Below the pieces are notes generated by a model, which saw only the letters and a list, made by a program, of their open reading frames with translations, was not told the origin of the DNA and searched no databases. Below are positions 48,263 to 58,800 of a DNA stretch of 64,000 nt, piece by piece; the stretch's first letter is position 1; each line of letters starts with the position of its first letter. The DNA is from a virus (taxonomy: Duplodnaviria; Caudoviricetes), in the IMG/VR virus record IMGVR_UViG_3300027917_004314; one strand, 5' to 3'. The position numbers and the translations under genes were made by a program.

Positions 48263-50815
48263 ATGGCTGAACTTACTGAGCTTTGGGTTGACTGGGTTAA
48301 CACACCTAGGATTATATGGGTTGGTGCGCCCACAACAGAAGTAACTGTACAAGATCTAATCGACACTATTCGTGGCAGATTAGAAGTTGACATGGGCGCG
48401 CTTGACGATCCCACATTAATATCCGAGGCTGGAGGTAAACAGTTTCTTGGCGGAACCACCTATGTGGGACTCACATTAGAACTCAACAATGCGGTGGTTG
48501 CTTTTGAGGCAAGAACCGAGACCTTCGTAGATGGTTATATTACCACACCTGATGCTTACGGTAGCGGCACTTTAAGTTTAATCGACGAATATGCCACCTT
48601 TGTTACGTCCGGCATAACTGCGGGAATGATTGTTTTCAATCATGGTGATGACTCAAAGGGAACCATTTTATCTGTTCGTAGCGAAACCGAACTAATTACA
48701 ACACCGTTGACCGGTGGAACTGATAATCAATATGATTTGGGTGATTTATATCATATATATAATGTCGTAGGATGTGAAATATCTGGCGGCAACTTAGTGT
48801 CTGTTGATTATGACGGTTATAGTATTTCTCAAATTTTACCTACCTTTGGTACTCACGTAAAGGTTACTGCGGCAAGTTCTGCTACACAAACGGAAGATGA
48901 ATTAGTTAGGCATTCTAGTTATGGTGACGTTGTAACACTAGACGTTTATAATAAAACTGGCAGGGCTCAGTCCGGAACGATTTTTCCCGTAGGTACAAAG
49001 AAAGCTCCATGTAACAATGTGTCTGATGCTCTTACCATTGCCTCAGAAAAAGGTTTTGATACAATATTTATCCTTGGCAATGCTGTTTTTGGTTCTGGAC
49101 ACAATGTAGAAAATAAGATCGTTATCGGACAGAGCACCAATGTTTCTGAGATCACTATTCAATCTGCTGCCGAGGTGCGTGGCGCAGAATTTCGAGATAT
49201 GTATTTGCATGGGATATTGGACGGGGAATCGTGTATCCATAATTGTACTGTTGGTGATTTAGATTATCTAGAGGGTTGCATCTCCAACTGTATGTTAATT
49301 GGCACTATTACTCTCGGTGGCTCGGCAAGTACTCAGCTGGTAAAATGCACAGATGGTTTACCTGGTGTTGGCGTGCCCACTATAGATATTGGCGGCTCTG
49401 GACGCGATCTTGGTGTGTGGGGATATCACGGCGGAATTAAGCTTATAAATAAAACTGGCCCAGAGAGCGTTAGTGTGAATATGGATACCGGCAGATTAAT
49501 TTTGGACTCTACTATTACAAACGGATCCATTTTGGTCAAGGGCGTGGGTCTTATAGAAGATAATAGCGGACCAGACGCATATGTTGATACAAATGGCTTG
49601 GTAGGTGGGCCAACGATAAAAGATTTTGTGTGGGACGCATATAGAGCTGATCATACGATTTCAGGCACTTTTGGTGGTGACTTTTCTGATGCTGGAGCTA
49701 CTGTTGAAGAGATTGATGCTTATCTATCTGCCAATCATGGATATACCAGCTGGGAAGGATCTGGAGATCCAAATGCAATCGCTGATGCCGTATGGGATGA
49801 ATTAAGATCTGGCCACGCAGTTTCAGGTTCGTTCGGAGAATCAATCAGATTAGATTCAGCGGGTCTAGAACAATCTGCGATAGGAGAAATAGACGCTTAT
49901 TTGTCATCCATCCATGGATATACCAGTTGGGAAGGATCCGGAGACCCATATGCAGTTGCAGCAGCTGTATGGGACGAGTATAGATCAGGACATACAACAC
50001 CAGGCACCTTTGGTGGCGATTTCTCAGATGCTGGAGCTACTGTTGAAGAGATTGATGCTTATCTATCTGCTATTCATGGATATGGTAGCTGGGAAGGATC
50101 TGGAGATCCAAATGCAATAGCAGATGCAATTTGGGATGAGTTAAGGTCAGGCCATACTGTCTCAGGTTCGTTCGGAGAATCAATCAGATTAGATGCTGCC
50201 GGCTTGGAAACAGATGCCGTAGTAGAGATTGATGCTTATTTGTCATCCATCCATGGATTCGGAAACTGGGAAGGTGCTGGAAATGCTGGCGTAATTGCAG
50301 ATGCAGTTTGGGATGAATACAGAGTTGGTCACACAGTTCCTGGCACTTTTGGTGGTGATTTCTCAGATGCTGGCGCTACTGTTGAAGAGATTGATGCTTA
50401 TCTATCTGCTATTCATGGATCTGGGAACTGGGAAGGGTCTGGAGACCCATATGCAGTGGCAGACGCTGTATGGGAAGAAGACCTGTCAGCCCATCAAGTG
50501 ACTGGGTCTGCTGGAAAAATTGTGAGCGACGGTTACGCTGTATCGAATACTATATATACTGATGTCACCGCGATAGCTGTTCAAATAACCAGGGTGCTTG
50601 GGTTGGAACATGAAAATGCATTTTTAGATAATACTACTTACGACAGTAATGGACAACTGCTTGCACTTAGACTTAGAATATTCGATTCTAAAACAAATGC
50701 GGAAGCAGCCCAGGATGGCGGCTCAGAGACAACTGGTTTAATAGCGACATATACTGTTGAATCAGAATATGAATCACTAGGAAGAATGAAATTTTATAGG
50801 ATGGTGAAACAATAA
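48263..50815 (+). CDS. Fibre-like virion protein with alternating His-containing repeats
   Basis: AAGGAAG RBS; beta-helix-like middle; A/B repeat stalk; 3 DGY. Confidence 0.7.
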   Translation: MAELTELWVDWVNTPRIIWVGAPTTEVTVQDLIDTIRGRLEVDMGALDDPTLISEAGGKQFLGGTTYVGLTLELNNAVVAFEARTETFVDGYITTPDAYGSGTLSLIDEYATFVTSGITAGMIVFNHGDDSKGTILSVRSETELITTPLTGGTDNQYDLGDLYHIYNVVGCEISGGNLVSVDYDGYSISQILPTFGTHVKVTAASSATQTEDELVRHSSYGDVVTLDVYNKTGRAQSGTIFPVGTKKAPCNNVSDALTIASEKGFDTIFILGNAVFGSGHNVENKIVIGQSTNVSEITIQSAAEVRGAEFRDMYLHGILDGESCIHNCTVGDLDYLEGCISNCMLIGTITLGGSASTQLVKCTDGLPGVGVPTIDIGGSGRDLGVWGYHGGIKLINKTGPESVSVNMDTGRLILDSTITNGSILVKGVGLIEDNSGPDAYVDTNGLVGGPTIKDFVWDAYRADHTISGTFGGDFSDAGATVEEIDAYLSANHGYTSWEGSGDPNAIADAVWDELRSGHAVSGSFGESIRLDSAGLEQSAIGEIDAYLSSIHGYTSWEGSGDPYAVAAAVWDEYRSGHTTPGTFGGDFSDAGATVEEIDAYLSAIHGYGSWEGSGDPNAIADAIWDELRSGHTVSGSFGESIRLDAAGLETDAVVEIDAYLSSIHGFGNWEGAGNAGVIADAVWDEYRVGHTVPGTFGGDFSDAGATVEEIDAYLSAIHGSGNWEGSGDPYAVADAVWEEDLSAHQVTGSAGKIVSDGYAVSNTIYTDVTAIAVQITRVLGLEHENAFLDNTTYDSNGQLLALRLRIFDSKTNAEAAQDGGSETTGLIATYTVESEYESLGRMKFYRMVKQ
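49628..50520 (+). repeat. Coding tandem repeat A-B-A-B-A(+partial), period 339 nt (54+59 aa)
   Basis: GCTGG(A/C)GCTACTGTTGAAGAGATTGATGCTTATCTATCTG at 49691, 50030, 50369; unit VWD..R..H..GxFG..EIDAYLS..HG..WEG.G. Confidence 0.95.
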
Positions 50816-51138
50816 TGTCAGTGGCACTGGCCATAGCGACTAGAGGTATAATTTGTTTTTCAACTGTCGGGGCACCTGTCCAAGGCTTAGTATCTTGTGA
50901 TTCACCAGACATTCAAGATTTTATTGATTTAAGGCCAGACATTGCAAGCTCTGAAGAGCTTAGTCCAACAATATCAGATACAACGCCAGTTGTAGAGTCA
51001 ACAGGGCAGCGCATTACGGAGATTGTAGAGGGAGATAATTTAGTGCCGAGAATATCCAGCTCTTCAGACCTAACGCCAACTATAACCAGTGGTGAGGAAT
51101 TAATACCATCTGTAACCATTGTGGAGGATGATGATTAA
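50815..51138 (+). CDS. Small acidic Ser/Thr-rich protein
   Basis: TAATG overlaps; repeated (L/I)xP.I motifs. Confidence 0.6.
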   Translation: MSVALAIATRGIICFSTVGAPVQGLVSCDSPDIQDFIDLRPDIASSEELSPTISDTTPVVESTGQRITEIVEGDNLVPRISSSSDLTPTITSGEELIPSVTIVEDDD

Positions 51139-52295
51139 TGGCTGTTATTAAACTGCAAATAAGCGTAAGCCAGATTACAAACGTTATATCATTATTTGAT
51201 AAAATTCAAGTGCAGCGCTCTAAATTGGGTGATCCGTATACAGATGCAGAGTTTATTACTGCTGATGCCGCAACCGCTCCAACCATGACAGGCACACAGG
51301 TGGGTCCATTTGATTTTTTACAAGGCACAACTCTTGAAATTCAGGTTGATGGCGGAGACACTCAAACTGTTACTTTTACAGCCACAAACCCAATACCAAT
51401 CTCAACAGTTGTCTCGACATTTAATGGAACTGTTACCGGAGCCGTTGCCTCTGATGGATACGGAAGGTTGGTTATAACTGGAGCTAATACAGGAACTGAT
51501 GGAACACTTAGAATAGTTGGTGGCACATCTTTGTCTGTACTCGGTTTTACTACAGATCAGGAAGCTAATGGGCAGGACCCACATGTTACTCTGGTGGCTG
51601 GTACATCATCATATGAGTACGACGATTCCAGTGGAGCTACCACTTATTACTATAGAACACGATATTATAACTCTTCATCAGGCGTTTTCAGCGATTACTC
51701 TGCTTGGGCACTTGGAACCTCAGACGACCCAGACGGTGATCAGATAGGTGATGCGGCACGAATTTCATATACTGAGGATGAAATCCAAGGAATAAATATA
51801 TTGTTAAGTATGCTAAAAGCTAGGCTCAAGAACGACATTGAGGTGGAAACCACAGATGCTTTTGGAAATGTTACATACACACAATGTAGTGTGTTCACAG
51901 ACGACGAGTTAACATGGTTTTTAAGATGTAGCTTAAGTGAGTTCAATCAAACTCCACACTTTACAGATTTTACGTTTGATATGGAAGTTATTTATGATAG
52001 GTTTGCCTATATAATTGTAGAGGGCGCATTCATATTGGCTATGGCAGCACAGATGTTGATAGAGGCTGGGCGTGAATTTACAATCACCGATAACGGTATT
52101 ACAATGAACCCACCGCCGCTGTCGACTGTTCTAAATAATGAACTTAGCCAATTTGTCTCAAGACATACTGAAATGTTACATAAAATTAAGTGGAGCATTA
52201 AACCAACTCCATTGGGTTTTGGTGGGTTCAGAGTGTTGGCCGTGTCTCCTAATTTTATGAGATTAAGGCATTTGAGGCAAAGGAGAATTGTATGA
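51138..52295 (+). CDS. Putative head-tail adaptor/neck protein with N-terminal beta insertion
   Basis: C-terminal helical LKARLK..FTDDEL..LSEFNQTP..REFTITDNG pattern; position before head-closure gene. Confidence 0.55.
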   Translation: MAVIKLQISVSQITNVISLFDKIQVQRSKLGDPYTDAEFITADAATAPTMTGTQVGPFDFLQGTTLEIQVDGGDTQTVTFTATNPIPISTVVSTFNGTVTGAVASDGYGRLVITGANTGTDGTLRIVGGTSLSVLGFTTDQEANGQDPHVTLVAGTSSYEYDDSSGATTYYYRTRYYNSSSGVFSDYSAWALGTSDDPDGDQIGDAARISYTEDEIQGINILLSMLKARLKNDIEVETTDAFGNVTYTQCSVFTDDELTWFLRCSLSEFNQTPHFTDFTFDMEVIYDRFAYIIVEGAFILAMAAQMLIEAGREFTITDNGITMNPPPLSTVLNNELSQFVSRHTEMLHKIKWSIKPTPLGFGGFRVLAVSPNFMRLRHLRQRRIV

Positions 52296-52531
52296 TAGTT
52301 AAGAAATATATAACGTATTTGGGTATAGAGAAACCATCAACCCCCGCTCAAGTAAATATGGAAATAAGCGGATTAAAACATGCTATTAGAGTGGCAGAGG
52401 AAATGATAGCTAGTTTGGAACAATCTCTAGCAATAGTTGATCTAAGACAAGAGGAGATGACGCTTAATGAAAAAACACAAAAAGAGGGCACAAATTCGAA
52501 AGTTAGTACAAAAATTGAAGAGACAACTTAA
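52292..52531 (+). CDS. Small coiled-coil protein
   Basis: ATGA overlap; heptad segment. Confidence 0.5.
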   Translation: MIVKKYITYLGIEKPSTPAQVNMEISGLKHAIRVAEEMIASLEQSLAIVDLRQEEMTLNEKTQKEGTNSKVSTKIEETT

Positions 52532-52949
52532 AAAAGAAGACCCTTTTTTAGACAAGTGTAAAAAGTATAATAGAGATCCAGACTTCGTGGATAGTGTAAA
52601 AATTAGTTTTGAGCCTCTAGATGTGTCCGCCAAAACGATAAATGGCGATATTATCATAAATGAACAGCTCTTAGATGCGGGAGATTGGGATGACATTATG
52701 CGATATGTCGTACATGAAATGACACACGTGATGCAACAAGAGGCTGGCAAGGTTGATGGGGTTATAGATGAAGCTGATTATCTGGAAGATGAGAATGAGA
52801 TTGAGGCATTCAATGCACAGATGGAGTACATGGATGAGCATGTGCCTAAAGAAGAGTTGCAAGAGTACCTGGAAAATCTGCTTGACCACCACGGGGTAGA
52901 AGGGAAAGAAAGAAGAAAAGTGTTACGAACTCTAACAAAAGATATTTAA
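52467..52949 (+). CDS. Zincin-like metallopeptidase
   Basis: VVHEMTHVMQQ plus downstream YL...EIEAF third-ligand motif; GAGGAG RBS. Confidence 0.75.
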   Translation: MKKHKKRAQIRKLVQKLKRQLKKEDPFLDKCKKYNRDPDFVDSVKISFEPLDVSAKTINGDIIINEQLLDAGDWDDIMRYVVHEMTHVMQQEAGKVDGVIDEADYLEDENEIEAFNAQMEYMDEHVPKEELQEYLENLLDHHGVEGKERRKVLRTLTKDI

Positions 52950-52969
52950 GTAAATGAGGTTTTGTTCTA

Positions 52970-54964
52970 TTGGCTCAATTTACAAATTTTTCTCCAGCAT
53001 CTGGTCAGACTGGCGTTGCTCGGACCGCAACAATTAGTTTCACTATTTTAGAGGGAGCAGCCGGCGCACAGATTAATACGCTGTCAACCTCTGTGGATGG
53101 GACATTTGCCATACAAAACGGCATTTTTGTGAATGGTTATAATGGCAGCATTTTTGCAGGCGTAGGAAAATACGTAGTTGGTATCTACCCAAAGAGCCCG
53201 GATTTTCTAGAAGCTGCCGCTCAAATTGATGCCTACATGGCAATTAGAGATTCCTACGATGTGTTGGATTCCTACAGTTATGCATTCTTTACCACTGGAT
53301 ATGTTGCAGACCCGGGCGATCCGGATCCAGCCCCAGAAGTAGACCCAAGAGCCTGCGATCTTACGAAACCGTTTTTCACGCCAACAGATCTTGGTTTGTC
53401 TGCCATTCTCGATGCAGGAGTTGGTACAGAAGTAGACGTAAGTTGGAAACCAGCGTATCCAAGTAACGAGAATAATTTAGTTTTCTATAATCTATATTAT
53501 TCTACGTTGAGAGAGCAAGTATTTGATGGATACCCAGATTTTCTAGTTGTAGATACAGAAGCTACCATTGGTGGTTTGCCACCAGGTGATCAACACTTTT
53601 TTGGTGTTAGGGCCACTGAGCTTAACCCATTAAATGTAACTATATCTGGTCTTAATCAAGCTGGGACAGATATGTATTACTATCCGGAGGCATTAGTAGA
53701 TGCATATTTTGATCAATATGCTATGTTCGTCCCAGCAGACTCGGTAAGTGGATTTCCTTTGTTTGGCACATTGGTTGTTAATGATGAATTAATCAGATAT
53801 GGTTCTAAACAGCTGTCGCCAGCTGGATTTAATGTTTCTGCCAATGGCAGAGGATATGCCGACACGGGCGCAGAAGCACATAGGGCTGGCGCACTTATCC
53901 GATTATACTGGGGTAAAGAAGATAAGAATACAATTACCGCTCAGGCAACGCCTACTTTCCAGAAGCCAAATTTAGCACTGACCTATGTTTTTGGTGATGG
54001 GTATGGGAATGATGGAAGAAGAGATGGGTACGACGGATATGCCAACACTGATGGTTACTTAAGATTGCGACAACAAGAGTTTGATAACATTACAACAGAT
54101 ACCACAAATAACGATGAACAGGGAGACTTCAACCGTTTTGATTATTGTGGTACATGGCGCACAATGTCGCCACAAAGTTTTATGCAAGGTCAATGTCGAG
54201 GTAGTTATTTTGGTGGCGCCCAAGTGCGTATCGATAATAATGGAGATAGGCATTTAGTAAAAGAATCTGATTTTCAGACGCATATGCTTCAACGAGAAGA
54301 GTTGTTGCTCGAACAAACCGGAGAGCCTTTTGTACTTATGCGCAGGATGTGGACAGGAGCCAAATGTCCATGCGTTATGTTACGGAGAGAACATCAGGAT
54401 GCTAGATGCCAAATATGTTTTGGCACAGGATTTGTACAGGGGTACATACAATTCTTCAATCCAAGAAGGGGTGATAGACGAATACTTGTTAGAATTGACC
54501 CCGCAACGGATGATGTAGATATTGTAGATCGCGGAGGTCTAGAACCCAAGTATGAGCCAAGCGGGTGGACATTACCGTTTCCTGCCATAAAAGACAGGGA
54601 CGTGTTAATTAGATTTAACGAAAACAATACAGAGGAATTTAGATATGAAATACTGGATGTAACCAGGCAGCGCGTTTTATTCTTGCAAAGCGGCGCACAA
54701 AAATTTAGAATGAAAAGATTTCCCAAAAGTGACATTATCTATCAATTTCCTGTAGTTAGAGATGTAAGCCCGACGCCTGGCACGCTGACTACCACATTAA
54801 CAGCTGCGCCTGGGATCGTGGCACATTCACATCAGATTGTTGTTTTACAAGGCACAGCTATTGCGACACTGAAGGCGGCCACACAAGAAAGCGAAGGACA
54901 CAATCACGTAATATATAATGGTATAGTGCAGTCAGTGCTTGGACACACACATACCATTCCATAA
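52970..54964 (+). CDS. Neck/head-closure-like protein with Ig/FN3 domains, Zn finger and His-rich tip
   Basis: GEPFVLMRR..CPC..CQICFGTGF; C-terminal HSH/HNH/HTH; DGY cluster; TTG start. Confidence 0.65.
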   Translation: MAQFTNFSPASGQTGVARTATISFTILEGAAGAQINTLSTSVDGTFAIQNGIFVNGYNGSIFAGVGKYVVGIYPKSPDFLEAAAQIDAYMAIRDSYDVLDSYSYAFFTTGYVADPGDPDPAPEVDPRACDLTKPFFTPTDLGLSAILDAGVGTEVDVSWKPAYPSNENNLVFYNLYYSTLREQVFDGYPDFLVVDTEATIGGLPPGDQHFFGVRATELNPLNVTISGLNQAGTDMYYYPEALVDAYFDQYAMFVPADSVSGFPLFGTLVVNDELIRYGSKQLSPAGFNVSANGRGYADTGAEAHRAGALIRLYWGKEDKNTITAQATPTFQKPNLALTYVFGDGYGNDGRRDGYDGYANTDGYLRLRQQEFDNITTDTTNNDEQGDFNRFDYCGTWRTMSPQSFMQGQCRGSYFGGAQVRIDNNGDRHLVKESDFQTHMLQREELLLEQTGEPFVLMRRMWTGAKCPCVMLRREHQDARCQICFGTGFVQGYIQFFNPRRGDRRILVRIDPATDDVDIVDRGGLEPKYEPSGWTLPFPAIKDRDVLIRFNENNTEEFRYEILDVTRQRVLFLQSGAQKFRMKRFPKSDIIYQFPVVRDVSPTPGTLTTTLTAAPGIVAHSHQIVVLQGTAIATLKAATQESEGHNHVIYNGIVQSVLGHTHTIP

Positions 54965-54974
54965 AGGAGTTAAA

Positions 54975-55367
54975 ATGAGCGAAGAAGATATTTTGGAAGA
55001 CATCATAGAAGACTATGAGCGCATATTAGGTATAGTTACTAACAGATTAAACCAATTAAAGACACTTAAGAAAAGAAAGAATGCTAACATAAAGTATCAG
55101 CATACAGGTGTAAATCACTCAGTGGGTGATTTGGTGGCTGAAAAAAGACGGCAGGTAATGGCAGATATAGAAAAGATGAAGGCGCAGGCCAGAGAACAAG
55201 CTAGAAAAACACAAGAAGAGGCAGATAAAAAAGTAGCAGAAATAAAAGCGATGCCCAATTTTCCAAATATTGAGCTGCCGATTGTTGATATAGAAAAGAT
55301 GAAGGCGCAGGCCAGAGAACAAGCTAGAAAAACACAAGAAAGAGAGGATAAGAAAAATGGCAGATGA
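54975..55367 (+). CDS. Coiled-coil protein with internal duplication
   Basis: AAGGAG RBS before ATG 54975. Confidence 0.7.
   Translation: MSEEDILEDIIEDYERILGIVTNRLNQLKTLKKRKNANIKYQHTGVNHSVGDLVAEKRRQVMADIEKMKAQAREQARKTQEEADKKVAEIKAMPNFPNIELPIVDIEKMKAQAREQARKTQEREDKKNGR
55164..55340 (+). repeat. Perfect 54-bp direct repeat (55164-55217, 55287-55340)
   Basis: GATATAGAAAAGATGAAGGCGCAGGCCAGAGAACAAGCTAGAAAAACACAAGAA twice, in frame (DIEKMKAQAREQARKTQE). Confidence 0.95.
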
Positions 55368-55752
55368 GAAAAATGGAAATGAATTGAAAATATATACAAA
55401 ATATCAATCTAGGAAATGGCAGCTCGTTGTTGTAGTGTTAGCAATCGCAACGCTTGGCTTGTTTGTTCCGCCAGTTTTAAGTCTTTTTGTCTTTAAAATG
55501 CCACAGGCATTTTTCATTATTACTGGTACCGAGTGGGTATCAGTGGTGACTTTAATAGTTGCAGCATACTTTGGCGCAAACATTTGGCAGAAGCACGTGG
55601 AGAGGCGGGGATTTGGCGGAGGTATGATGCCGTATGGCGGTTTTGGTATGTCTGGAGTAGAGGAAATTGAAGAAATATCTGGTATAGATGCAAGAGGTTC
55701 TGCGCCAGATTATGAAGAAGAAATACGACCAAATGAAGAGGGAGAAGCTTAA
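55357..55752 (+). CDS. Two-TM membrane protein (holin-like)
   Basis: Two hydrophobic helices, charged termini. Confidence 0.55.
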   Translation: MADEKNGNELKIYTKYQSRKWQLVVVVLAIATLGLFVPPVLSLFVFKMPQAFFIITGTEWVSVVTLIVAAYFGANIWQKHVERRGFGGGMMPYGGFGMSGVEEIEEISGIDARGSAPDYEEEIRPNEEGEA

Positions 55753-55825
55753 TTTATCCGTTTTTTGGCAGGAGATTATAGATTTTGCTTGATAAATAGA
55801 TAAATATTTTGGAGGCTTATAAAAC

Positions 55826-58800
55826 ATGACTGATAGCCAATATCCTGACAGCATTGACGATGACGTAGTTTTGCCAAGAGTAGATGATAATATAACAGAG
55901 ATTGGTGGCGAGGCTATTAACGGCTGTCGAAGTGCTATATTTAATATAGAAGAGACCTTGGGCACTAATCCACAAGGCACAGCGGCTGATGTAGCTACAA
56001 GATTGGCAGAGTCTTTAAATCCAGACGGCAGTATTAAAGCATCTGCACTATCTAGTGTTGGTTTGGTAACACTACCCATAGATAATGCTCAGGTTGGCAC
56101 CAACGCTGGCATTGAAGAATCAAAACTAGATTTAGACTATTCCACTGCTACATTAAGACAACTCATTGCATCTTTGGATGCATTTATAATGTCAATAAAC
56201 AACCGGCTGATTATTGATATAAGTAATCTTACGCAGCACGTTGCGCATCCATCAGCCTATGGTCGCCACAGGACCAGCGACATAGACGGATATACAGGAA
56301 AATATTCTTCATACAATGCCCAAGGAATGATCGATGACCTTGATACAAGGTTAATTAATCATGTCACTGACACCATTGACGCCCACGATGCCAGTGCAAT
56401 ATCATTTGTTGACACGGGTTTAACTATAAGTGCAGATGATGTGCAAGAAGCTCTTGAATTGTTAGATGAACTTCAAGCTACGCTTATGACAAAACATAGA
56501 GATGATATGCACAGTAACGGCATATTAAAGGAGCAAGAAGTTTATGTTGATGGCTATGTCCACTCAACTGCGATTCTTAGCGATCTGCCAATTTCAGCAG
56601 TTAGCCCTGGTGATACATCCATTACGTTTACTGGCGGCCCGATAGCTGCTTTAGCACAAGTCTCAAGGGGCGATAAAATCGAAGTCACAATTGGTGGACA
56701 GACATTCGTCAAGTATGTAGAGAGTGTGGTAACTATCAGCGATTCTGTTTTATTTTTTGGTGTTGCTCCATTTGGTGGTAGTGGCGCAACAGCTTCTATC
56801 TACTATGCATCTGAAGAAATTATTGCCCCCTCCGCTTTAATGATGGCAATTAAGAAAAAAGCAAGTGGAACGCAAGAAGCTACTGTGCAGATAATACACC
56901 CCAGTGCTCCTTATCTCTTAAGTAGTGGAATTGATACTGGACAACTTTCTCCAACCGTTAAAAATATCCAAGTTAAATGGCCAACTGGTTATGCGGAAAT
57001 TGACGCATACGGTGCTCTAAATACATATACTTCGTCTGCTGATCCAAGCACATGGACCACAGAGGTCTTAGCTCTTGCCCTTAACGAATCGTTTAGACCA
57101 GATGGCATTCTGGCTTCTTCTGTAGGATTGCCGCTTCTTGCTTTTACATATCGTGGAGAACTTGGGCTTGCATATGATGAACCCGATGGCTATCTAATTG
57201 CTGAAGCTCCAGGTTCTGGGAACAGCGCCTGGGCAGCACTAGGATTTACTGGTGTTGAAGAGGCCTATAGTCTTGGCCCAAGGAGATTCTACATTGACGG
57301 GTACGAGTTTACTGGCATTAGAACCATACTTAATGGGACTGGTAAAGTAGAAGGCGGCTCGCCAGAATTGATTGAAGATATTAATGTGGATTTAACTGAT
57401 CTTGGCATACCGAATCAGGGTGTTGTTAGGGTAACTGGCAGCTCAGGTGATGGCACTTACATATTCAATGCGACAACATCGTCAACCATCAGAATTGATG
57501 AATATCCGCTATTTTCAGTTGATCCATCGGTCGATGTGAAAATATACGCGGATCATTTTACGACAGGTGTTGCCACCAAAACCCTCTATGAGCTGTTTCT
57601 AGATGCATATGAAAATGGCCTGGCAGAATTAAGAGGTTCTGCAAGAGTGGAGTATAGTAACACTGCTGGTGCATCACCTGATTGGCCTGAAGATTGGTTT
57701 GATGTAGTCGATGTTTCTAGGACATTTGGTGCCAGTGAAAAGCGCATAGAATATAGAGAAGGAGCACTAACTTTAGGGGACAGATCTGGCGCTACAGGTG
57801 TCACAAACACGGGGCCTGCCGTATTGCTTCCAACCTCTAATGAAGAAGGATTTAGATTTAAATTGTATGATGGTAATGGAGTAGATTACTTAGAAATAGA
57901 AATAGCCGAAGGTGATTACGTAGGTGAAACCAACGTAAATGCGATTGATGTTGAGGTATTGTCAAGAGCAAGTGAAGAAAGATATGTACAAGTGGCGACG
58001 GTATTATATGATACTAATGATCTCAAATATTTAAGCGATAAACGTTTATTTGGGAGTGTTGGAAGAAGAGACGTCCGTGACGACTATACAAGAGATTATA
58101 TCACTTATCCAACCTCTCTGTTAAGAGGAAATGGCATTATTTATGGATTAGAGGTTTTTGATTCTTCGACTGATGTTGGCATTAAGGGTGGGCAAGTCGT
58201 AGTCGATGGTATTATATACGCAGTAGAAAGCACTGTCATCACGTGCCCAAAAAATTATTCTTTTACTACATATAATTTATTTGTTGATAATACAGGCAAA
58301 TTAAGGTTGTTAGAAGACAATCAGTACATTTATGGAGTTATTTCTACACCACCCATAGAAGAAATAGTTCAGAGCAAAGATAAGACGCTATTAGCTCAAG
58401 TCGTAGTAGATTTTAATAATAATGTGGATAGTATTTCTGATTACCGTAGGTTTGTTGGAGATGTAGATAATAATTTTGAACTTATATTAGAAAATAACGA
58501 TGGATATAATGTAACACATGGAACTTTTTCAACATTCGGATCTGTAATAAATTGGATTAATCTCCATGATTCTGCGGGGTTACCAATACCGAGATTAATA
58601 AGGTTGCGTGGTAATATTGATATAGATGTAAGTGACGGCACTACGCCCATTTCTTTTCCAGATGGTATTACATTTGCTGGTGATGCAACTAGTTGGGACG
58701 ATACCACTACTATGTCTACTATAACGTTGAGTGGTATTACGAGCAGCGGTGTTATACGGCCTGGTGATGGGTTTACTATGAAGAACATAAAGATCGATTT

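Noticed and set aside
49628-50520. Repeat array as possible CRISPR
   Set aside because: Period is a multiple of 3 inside an ORF, no unique spacers, no cas genes.
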